A DNA stretch of 64,000 bases, from NCBI GenBank assembly GCA_963793305.1, contig CAWBZV010000003.1, positions 1,024,001 to 1,088,000 of the forward strand, written 5' to 3'. This document shows, in pieces, positions 52,561 to 60,144 of the stretch. The stretch is from an uncultured Gemmatimonadales bacterium (lineage in GTDB: Bacteria; Gemmatimonadota; Gemmatimonadetes; Gemmatimonadales; Gemmatimonadaceae). The translations under genes were made by a program, and so were the position numbers. Positions within the stretch are counted from its first letter, which is position 1; the number at the start of each line of letters is the position of its first letter. Below the pieces are notes generated by a model. That model searched no databases. It was not told the origin of the DNA and saw nothing but the letters and a program-made list of their open reading frames with translations.

Positions 52561-53625
52561 TCGGCGGCGGCATTCTCGGCCTCGCGCATGCGTACCTGGC
52601 GGCGAAGCGAGGGTGGCGCGTCACGCTGTTCGAGCGCCATCAGCGCGCGACTGGCGCGTCCGTCCGCAACTTCGGCCAGATCTGGCCCATCGGCCAGCCG
52701 GCCGAGATGCGAGAGATCGCGCTCAGGAGCCGCGCCCTCTGGGTCCAGATGCTGACTGACACGCATCTGCCATTTCGCCCCACCGGGTCGCTGCACGTGG
52801 CCTATCGGGATGATGAGATCGCCGTCCTAGAAGAGTGCAGGCTAGGTACGCTACTCTCTCCGGGCGAGACGGCCGAGCGATCGCAAGCCATTGAGACGCG
52901 CGGTCTCCTCGGCGCATTGTGGAGCGAGACCGAGCTCACGGTCGATCCGCGTCGCATTGTTGGCGCCTTACCCGAAGTCTTGCGCTCACTCGGAGTCGAC
53001 GTGCAATTCGGTTGCCCGGTGATTGGCATAGATGTGCCGCGCATAGAGACGGCACGCGGTGCATTCGAGGCCGACGCAGCCATCGTCTGCTCGGGCGACG
53101 ACTTCGAAACGCTGTATCCCGACATATTCGCGGCCAGCGGGCTCACCCGGTGCAAGCTCCAGAATGATGCGCACGGTGCCGCAGCCCAATGGCTGGGAGC
53201 TCGGGCCCGCGTTGGCGGCGGGACTGACCCTGCGATTCTACAAAGCGTTTCGCGAGTGCGAGACGCTCGGCCGCTTACGAGACCGCATCGCCAGAGAACA
53301 GCCGGAGTATGATCGCTGGGCCATCCACACTCTCGTCTCGCAGACGGCCGATGGCGCGATAACGCTGGGCGACTCGCACGAGTATGGCCCGACGCCGAGC
53401 GTATTCGATCGCCCGGAGATCGATCGGCTGATTCTCGATGATCTCGAGCGATACTTGAGAATCCCGAGCTGGGAGTTGGCCGAGCGCTGGCACGGAGTCT
53501 ATGCGTGGCATCCGGAGAAGCCGTTCATAGATTGCGAGCCGGCACAAGGTGTCCGCATTATCACCGGAGTAGGCGGCTCGGGCATGACGCTGTCGTTCGG
53601 TTTGGCCGAGAGGACGCTGGCGTGA
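52542..53625 (+). CDS. FAD-dependent oxidoreductase, phosphonate-cluster (TIGR03364-like) type (one +1 frameshift at 53163-53164, probably artefact)
   Basis: GGGILGLAHA, GASVRNFG, CKLQ-MMRT after correction, GDSHEY, WHGVY, GGSGMT.SFG; 360 aa corrected. Confidence 0.88.
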
Positions 53626-54377
53626 TCACGGCGGTAATCCTCGACTGGGCGGGAACGACGGTCGACCACGGGAGTATTGCCCCGGTCGCGGCAATGCGCA
53701 TGCTCTTCTCATCGGTCGGACTCGACATCCCGACGGAGGAGATCCGCGCGTCGATGGGACTCCCCAAGAAGGACCATATCCGCGCGATCGCCACGGCCCA
53801 CGGACGCGGCGACATTGACGCGCTCTACGCGGCGTTCATCCCGAAGCAGATGGACAGCCTCGTCGAACACTCGGGCGTGATCGCTGGCGTAAGCGCTGCC
53901 GTGCAGCGCATGCGCGCGCGCGGACTCAAGATCGGCTCGACGACCGGTTACAATCGTGCGATGCTCGACTACGTGAAGGAGCGCGCCAAGGCGCAGGGGT
54001 ACGCCCCGGACTGCGCGTTGTGCCCGGATGACGTCGGTGGCGGCCGGCCGATGCCATGGATGTGCTTCGCGACCGCCGTGTTTCTTCGAGTCTATCCCAT
54101 GTCGACCATGGTGAAGATAGGCGACACGGAGGTCGACATCGCCGAGGGTCGCAACGCCGGCATGTGGACGATCGGCGTGGCGCGGACCGGCAACGAGGTC
54201 GGGTTGTCGCAGCGCGAGTGGGACGCACTCGGCGACGGCGCTCGCGACGGCCTGTTGCGGACGGCTCGCGACAGGCTCTACGCCGCCGGCGCTGATTACG
54301 TCATCGACACAGTGGCTGAAGTCGATAACGCCCTGGATAGCATCGACGAACGCCTCGGGCGGGGCGAGAGACCATAG
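53622..54377 (+). CDS. phnX: Phosphonoacetaldehyde hydrolase (phosphonatase)
   Basis: DWAGTTVDHG, MGLPKKDHIR Schiff-base Lys, STTGY, GRP.PWM, KIGDT..DI.EG.NAG. Confidence 0.95.
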   Translation: MITAVILDWAGTTVDHGSIAPVAAMRMLFSSVGLDIPTEEIRASMGLPKKDHIRAIATAHGRGDIDALYAAFIPKQMDSLVEHSGVIAGVSAAVQRMRARGLKIGSTTGYNRAMLDYVKERAKAQGYAPDCALCPDDVGGGRPMPWMCFATAVFLRVYPMSTMVKIGDTEVDIAEGRNAGMWTIGVARTGNEVGLSQREWDALGDGARDGLLRTARDRLYAAGADYVIDTVAEVDNALDSIDERLGRGERP

Positions 54378-54417
54378 GCTGAAACTGGCGTTCCGGCCAT
54401 CTCGTACGGTCGTCACC

Positions 54418-56916
54418 ATGCGCAACCTCAAGCTGGCGGTGCGGACGATGGCCAAGAGCCCGTTCGTCACCATCGTAGCCGTGCTCTCGCTTGCCTTAGG
54501 CCTCGGCGCCAACACGGCGATTTTCTCGATGGTCAACCTGACGTTGCTGCAGCCGATTCCCGCGGCTGATCCCTCGCGGCTCGTCAATCTGGCGGCGTCC
54601 AAGCCGCAACTCGGCGGCAATTCCTGCAACCAAGCGGGCGCCTGCGACGAGGTGTTCAGCTACCCGATGTTCCGGGACCTGGAGAAGGCCAAGACCGGCC
54701 TCTCGGGACTGGCGGCCCACCGCAGCTTCGGTGTCAACGTCGCGATGGCCGGCCAGACGCCGATCAGCGGCGAAGGGATGTACGTCTCCGGCTCCTACTT
54801 CCCGGTGCTCGGTCTTCGGCCGGCGCTGGGTCGCCTGATCGCGCCGTCCGACGACCAGGCGATTGCCGGGAGCTACGTTGCCGTTCTCGATCACGCGTAT
54901 TGGGAATCGCAACTGGCATCCGACCCGAACGTCCTCGGTCGCACGATCACCGTCAACGGCCAGGACTTGACGATTATCGGGATCGGCCCGAGGGGCTTCA
55001 GCGGCACCACGCTCGGCACCCGGCCGTACGTCTACGTGCCGATCACCATGCGGGGCGTGCTCACTCTCGGGGCCACGGGCTTCGAGCAGCAACGCACGTT
55101 CTACTGGATCTATGTGTTCGGACGCCTCGCGCCAGGGGTGTCGATCGGTCAGGCGCGAGCGGCCATCAATGCCGTGTACAGCCCGATCTTGAGTGACGTC
55201 GAAGCCCCGCTCCATAAGGACGCCAGCGACAAGACGCTGGCCCAATTCAAGGCGAGACAGATCCACCTCACCGATGGCCGAAGCGGGCAGAGCAGCGTGC
55301 ATGTCGCCGCGAAGACTCCACTCGCGCTCCTCTTCGCGATCACCGGCATCGTGCTGCTGATCGCGTGTGCCAACATCGCCAACTTGCTGCTCGCCCGGGC
55401 CGCCGGCCGACAGATGGAGATGGCCGTTCGCATCTCGATGGGCGCGACCCGCCGGCAGCTCGTCGCACAGCTCCTCACCGAATCCTTGCTCCTCGCCGTG
55501 CTTGGCGGGGTGGCCAGCATCCCGGCCGCGCACTTTACGCTCGCGAGCATCTCCACGATGTTGCCGCCGGAAGTGCAGCGCACGATCGACTTCCGTTTGA
55601 GCGGCACGGCCATGCTGTTCACCGGTGCGCTGGCGCTGGCCACGAGCCTGTTCTTTGGTTTGGTGCCGTCGATTCGGAGCACGCGCCCGGACATGATCAC
55701 GGCGCTCCGGAGCGGCGCCGGCCACCTGTCGGGCGGGCGCGGGGCGGCGCGTTTCCGCTCGGGGCTCGTCACCGCGCAAATCGCGCTCTCGATCATGCTC
55801 CTCACGTGCGCGGGTTTGTTCGTCAAGAGCCTCCACAACGTGAGCCAGGTGGACCTGGGCCTCAACGCCGAGAACGTGGTGACGTTCGGCATCTCACCGC
55901 GCATGAGCGGCTACGATACGACCGGCGCCATGGCGCTCATGCAGCGCGCCCGCGATGCACTCGGCGCAGTTCCCGGGATCCGAGGGGTCGCCACCGGGCT
56001 AATCCCGATACTGGCCGGCAACAACTGGGGCGAGGGCGTGTCGGTCGAAGGGTTCAAAAAGATGCCGGACACGGACGTCGAGTCATCGTTCAATGCCGTG
56101 AGCCCGGGGTATTTCGCGATGCTCGGCATTCCGATGCTCGCCGGGCGCGAGTTCACCGCCAGCGACAACGCGGCGGGTCACAAGGTGGCGATCGTCAACG
56201 AAGCGTTCGCCAAGAAGTTCAATCTGGGGCGCGACGCCGTCGGCAAGCGCATGTCGATCAACAACGATTCGCTCAACATTGAGATCGTCGGGCTCGTCAA
56301 GAACTCGAAGTACTCGGGGGTGACGCCGCCGATTCCGCCGGTCGTCGTGGTGCCGTACATCCAAAGCGGGGAAGGGGGGACGATCGTCTTTTATGCGCGA
56401 ACCGCGCTGCCGACGACCGAGACCGTGCGCGCGATTCGCGAGACGATGCGTGGGCTCGATCCGAAGCTCCCGCTCGAAAACCTCAAAACGCTGCCGCAGC
56501 AAGTTCGGGAGAACGTCTTCCTGGAGCGCATGATGTCGCGCGCCTCGGCGGCGTTTGCCACGTTGGCCACACTGCTGGCGGCGATCGGCCTGTACGGCGT
56601 GCTGGCGTACTCAGTCACCCAGCGCACGCGGGAGATTGGCGTGCGCATGGCGCTCGGCGCCGACCGCGGCCGCGTACGCGGGATGGTACTCCGCCAGGTG
56701 GGCATGATGACGGCCATCGGCGGCGTGATCGGGATAGCCGGCGCGTTCGTGTTGGGTCGCGGCGCCGCGGCCCTGTTGTATCAGCTGGAGGGGAACGACC
56801 CTCTGGTCTTCGCGGCATCGGCGGGCGTCCTGACGTTAGTCGCGATGGGCGCCGGCCTGCTCCCTGCCATGCGGGCCAGTCGCATTGATCCGATGCGGGC
56901 TTTGCGATACGATTGA
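54418..56916 (+). CDS. Duplicated MacB/FtsX-type ABC permease (ADOP-like)
   Basis: SLALGLGANTAIFS, IACANIANLLLAR, GLYGVLAYSV.QRTREIGVR, DPMRALRYD. Confidence 0.95.
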   Translation: MRNLKLAVRTMAKSPFVTIVAVLSLALGLGANTAIFSMVNLTLLQPIPAADPSRLVNLAASKPQLGGNSCNQAGACDEVFSYPMFRDLEKAKTGLSGLAAHRSFGVNVAMAGQTPISGEGMYVSGSYFPVLGLRPALGRLIAPSDDQAIAGSYVAVLDHAYWESQLASDPNVLGRTITVNGQDLTIIGIGPRGFSGTTLGTRPYVYVPITMRGVLTLGATGFEQQRTFYWIYVFGRLAPGVSIGQARAAINAVYSPILSDVEAPLHKDASDKTLAQFKARQIHLTDGRSGQSSVHVAAKTPLALLFAITGIVLLIACANIANLLLARAAGRQMEMAVRISMGATRRQLVAQLLTESLLLAVLGGVASIPAAHFTLASISTMLPPEVQRTIDFRLSGTAMLFTGALALATSLFFGLVPSIRSTRPDMITALRSGAGHLSGGRGAARFRSGLVTAQIALSIMLLTCAGLFVKSLHNVSQVDLGLNAENVVTFGISPRMSGYDTTGAMALMQRARDALGAVPGIRGVATGLIPILAGNNWGEGVSVEGFKKMPDTDVESSFNAVSPGYFAMLGIPMLAGREFTASDNAAGHKVAIVNEAFAKKFNLGRDAVGKRMSINNDSLNIEIVGLVKNSKYSGVTPPIPPVVVVPYIQSGEGGTIVFYARTALPTTETVRAIRETMRGLDPKLPLENLKTLPQQVRENVFLERMMSRASAAFATLATLLAAIGLYGVLAYSVTQRTREIGVRMALGADRGRVRGMVLRQVGMMTAIGGVIGIAGAFVLGRGAAALLYQLEGNDPLVFAASAGVLTLVAMGAGLLPAMRASRIDPMRALRYD

Positions 56917-56921
56917 GGCTT

Positions 56922-57797
56922 ATGCGCTGTCTCCCGCTGGCCCTCCTCGCGCTTGTGGCATGCGGCGGCAAAAAAGATGCGCCGGCATCGGACACGAAGG
57001 CGCAGATGGACTCGAATTTCCACCAGGCTGTGACCGAGCTGCAGCAGCGCAAGTCGTCAGGCCACAAATACGGCCCCCCGACGGGGAAAATCCGCGTCGC
57101 GAACATGCTCGACCTGGCGGGAAAGCCGAGCGGCCCGGTGGATCTCTACGATATCCGGAATCCCGACTCGACGACGGCGCCGCTGATCGCGAATCTCGCC
57201 TACGGCCAGCTCTCGGGCTACGTCTCGCCACGCGGTGCCGATCCCGGCTACCCGAGCAACCTGTACGTGTTCGCGGCCGGGACGAAGACGCCGCAAGCCC
57301 CCTTCAACAGCAGCATCGACAACTCGGGATTCAAGGCGACGGACCAGATGACGATCGCGCTCGGTCCCTCGAAGATGCTGAACGGCCTCGCGTTCCCGGC
57401 GCTCGCCGAAGCCGGCGACCGGAACCCGCACTGGATCGACTCATCGCGCGCGGTGCCCGCAGGGCAGGCGTTGCTCATCGGGTTGCAGGCCAACACCAGC
57501 GCCGACTCGTTGCCGTATTTCTATCTGGTCGTCGACGGCGCGTGCCCGATCGCGACGAACGACCCGAGAGCCAAGATCCCGATGGCCCTCGGCACGGAGC
57601 AGCACTACCTGGTGACACCGGGCTCGCACACGATCGGCCTCGTCACTGCGCCGAGCGGCATCAACAACTGCACGGGCAAGACCCCGGTCGGCACGAGCGC
57701 CGTGACCGTCACCGCCGGCCAGCGGTACATCGTTTTTGTCTACGGCCGCTCGAGCGACGGATACAAGACACTGACTGCGCCGATCGTCGCACCGTGA
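56922..57797 (+). CDS. Hypothetical lipoprotein (DUF4397-like beta-sandwich)
   Basis: Lipobox LVAC; IRVAN..PVDLY, NLAYG..SGYV, AGQRYIVFVYG. Confidence 0.7.
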   Translation: MRCLPLALLALVACGGKKDAPASDTKAQMDSNFHQAVTELQQRKSSGHKYGPPTGKIRVANMLDLAGKPSGPVDLYDIRNPDSTTAPLIANLAYGQLSGYVSPRGADPGYPSNLYVFAAGTKTPQAPFNSSIDNSGFKATDQMTIALGPSKMLNGLAFPALAEAGDRNPHWIDSSRAVPAGQALLIGLQANTSADSLPYFYLVVDGACPIATNDPRAKIPMALGTEQHYLVTPGSHTIGLVTAPSGINNCTGKTPVGTSAVTVTAGQRYIVFVYGRSSDGYKTLTAPIVAP

Positions 57798-58813
57798 GCG
57801 CGGGTCGCATTACGGCAGTGACCCAGCGTGGCGAGACGCAGGTCGACGCGATCGACGTTCCGCGCGACGCGATATTTCGCATCTCGTCGATGACGAAGCC
57901 GATCACTGCCGCGGCGGTGATGATCCTCGTGGACGAAGGCGCGATCAAGCTCGACGAGCCCGTCGATCGCCTGTTACCCGAGCTCGCGAACCGGCGAGTC
58001 CTGCGTCACGTCGACGCACCGCTCGACGACACCGTTCCTGCCCGGCGCGCGATCACCGCGCGTGACCTGCTGACGTTTACCTGGGGATTTGGCGTTCCGC
58101 TGGTCGCACCGGGAACATGGCCCATTCAGCGCGCCGCCGTCGCGCTCGACATTCGACTCGGGCCCCCGCATCCCCAAGAGCAACCCGCACCCGACGAATG
58201 GATCCGCCGGCTCGGCACACTGCCACTCATGACGCAACCGGGCGAGCAGTGGCTGTACGACACCGGCAGCGACGTGCTCGGCGTTCTCATCGCTCGCGCG
58301 TCAGGCAAGCCGCTCGATGTGTTCCTCCGCGAACGAATCTTCGAACCGCTCGGCATGAAGGACACCGGCTTCAGCGTGCCACCGGCCGACTTGGGTCGCC
58401 TGGTGACGAGCTATTCAGGCGACCTCTCGGTCTACGACGAAGCGAAGGGCGGCCAGTGGAGCCGGCCACCGGCGTTCCCATCTGGCTCGGGCGGCCTCGT
58501 GTCGACGATCGATGATTATCTGGCGTTCTCGCACTGGTTCCGAAAGCGCGAAAGCTCGATGGCGACCGATCAGCTCACGCAGGCCCAGCGGCTGGCCACC
58601 GCGTATTGGCTGCCAGGGTACTTCCACAACCACGGCTGGGGATTCGGCGTAGAAGTGGATCTCGCCAATGGTCGCTACGGGTGGGACGGTGGACTCGGCT
58701 CGGCGTGGCGCGTGGACCCCGCAAAAGATCTGGAGCTGATCATCCTCACGCAACGCGCGTTTACCTCGCCGGTCCCACCCGAGGTCATCGCCGACTTTCT
58801 CAGTGCTTTTTGA
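57794..58813 (+). CDS. Serine hydrolase (beta-lactamase class C-like family)
   Basis: FRISSMTK, PGEQWLY, FEPLGMKDTGF, GGLVST..DY, YGWDG. Confidence 0.9.
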   Translation: MSAGRITAVTQRGETQVDAIDVPRDAIFRISSMTKPITAAAVMILVDEGAIKLDEPVDRLLPELANRRVLRHVDAPLDDTVPARRAITARDLLTFTWGFGVPLVAPGTWPIQRAAVALDIRLGPPHPQEQPAPDEWIRRLGTLPLMTQPGEQWLYDTGSDVLGVLIARASGKPLDVFLRERIFEPLGMKDTGFSVPPADLGRLVTSYSGDLSVYDEAKGGQWSRPPAFPSGSGGLVSTIDDYLAFSHWFRKRESSMATDQLTQAQRLATAYWLPGYFHNHGWGFGVEVDLANGRYGWDGGLGSAWRVDPAKDLELIILTQRAFTSPVPPEVIADFLSAF

Positions 58814-59807
58814 AGATCGCCTTGGGAATCATCATGTGAACGCCAACATTGCCGTCGACCAACTCGGTGATGTGCAGGTCGGCCGCGATGCTCGCGAGGC
58901 GATAGGCTTCCATCGTCGATAAGCCCCGAGTCGACGTGAGAAACGCGATCATCTCCTGCACGGCGACCTTCGTGGCCTGCGTCAGGTCCTTGTCCGTCCC
59001 CATCGTGATGTAATACGTCGGCGTTTCCGCGCGCGGCCACGTCAGATGCATGTCCTTGCGCACGATGAGCTGGATGCGCCCCATGAGCAACGTCTCGATC
59101 GCCGTCTGATCGACTTCGCCATCGCCCTGCGCCACGTGCCCGTCGCCGATCTCGAATAGCGCACCGGGCGCAAAGACCGGGATGTACAGCGTGGTCCCGG
59201 CGACGAGGTACTTGTTGTCGAGATTGCCGGCGTGCATGCCGGGAGGATTGCTGGAGAGCCGCCCGGAGTCCGGCGGCGGCGCATTGCCCATGCTGCCAAA
59301 GAACGGCTGCAGCGGGATGGTAATGTCCGGCCCCAGCGATGCGGTCATGTGCACCGTGTCGAGCTGAATGATGCGCGTCCGTCCGGAGTCGGCGCAGTTC
59401 TCCTTGAGGAACCCGCTGCAGCCGTTGTAGCCGTAGTCGATGTCCGGCCGGATCTTGAGAAACCGAACCTCGAGCACGTCGCCGACCTCCGCGCCATCGA
59501 CCGCAATCGGCCCGGTCAGGATGTGGCCACCGGGTCCCTTGTCGGTGACCTGCGTGGTGATGTCACGCAGCGCCTGCTGCACTTTCGCCGGTGGCAGCCC
59601 GGCCTTCTCCAACCGGTCGGGCACGTTCGTCAGCATCGTGTGGACCACGACGATGTCGCCGGACGCCACGTGCAGAACGGGCTGTGCGGCGGCGCTATAG
59701 TAGCCCCACGCCACGGTTTGGGGCGTGGCGGGCAACTGGTGCACGTGCGGCGTCTGGGCCGACGCCATCTTGACGATCAAGAGGAGAGGCGCTAGGTATG
59801 TTCGCAT
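58800..59807 (-). CDS. Acetamidase/formamidase family protein
   Basis: VAWGY, GHILTGP..V.GA..GD, AGNLD, GDGH..QGDGE..TAIE, EAY.L.S; alternative start at 59768. Confidence 0.92.
   Translation of the reverse strand: MRTYLAPLLLIVKMASAQTPHVHQLPATPQTVAWGYYSAAAQPVLHVASGDIVVVHTMLTNVPDRLEKAGLPPAKVQQALRDITTQVTDKGPGGHILTGPIAVDGAEVGDVLEVRFLKIRPDIDYGYNGCSGFLKENCADSGRTRIIQLDTVHMTASLGPDITIPLQPFFGSMGNAPPPDSGRLSSNPPGMHAGNLDNKYLVAGTTLYIPVFAPGALFEIGDGHVAQGDGEVDQTAIETLLMGRIQLIVRKDMHLTWPRAETPTYYITMGTDKDLTQATKVAVQEMIAFLTSTRGLSTMEAYRLASIAADLHITELVDGNVGVHMMIPKAIFKKH
59768..59782. promoter_or_regulatory. Putative PadR operator
   Basis: TCTTGA-CGA-TCAAGA inverted repeat 23 nt upstream of the padR ATG, overlapping a -35-like TTGACG. 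Confidence 0.55.
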
Positions 59808-60141
59808 GGAAGAGAAGAATACCGATGTCATCCAAGGAACGCTCGACCTGTTGATTCTCAAGACGCTGAGTCTCGCGCCGATGCACGGCTTTGGCATCGC
59901 GCGGCGCGTGGAACAGGTCTCGCGCGGCGTGTTCAAGGTCAACCCGGGCTCCTTGCTCGTTGCGTTACAACGTTTGGAGCGGGCGGGCTGGCTGGACGCC
60001 GAGTGGCGCCAGACGGAGAACGCGCGGCGGGCGAAGTTCTATGCGCTCACGAAGGCCGGCAAGAAGCAACTCGAGGTCGAGACCGAGGACTGGACCCGTC
60101 GGGCCGGCGCCGTCATGCGCTTACTCAAGGCCGAAGGATAG
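59806..60141 (+). CDS. PadR family regulator (ADOP-associated type)
   Basis: QGTLDLLILKTL, MHGFGIA, NPGSL, W..TEN.RRAKFY.LT..G. Confidence 0.95.
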   Translation: MEEKNTDVIQGTLDLLILKTLSLAPMHGFGIARRVEQVSRGVFKVNPGSLLVALQRLERAGWLDAEWRQTENARRAKFYALTKAGKKQLEVETEDWTRRAGAVMRLLKAEG

Positions 60142-60144
60142 CCC

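Noticed and set aside
56885..57793. Long N-terminal extension on the serine hydrolase (642-aa ORF)
   Set aside because: Alternative frame over the lipoprotein gene with Arg/Pro-rich non-coding composition; likewise the extensions of ORFs 2460, 48553 and 51421
57794..58813. Beta-lactam resistance gene
   Set aside because: SMTK/WDG motifs and lack of a signal peptide fit the broad esterase-like serine hydrolase group; no evidence for resistance
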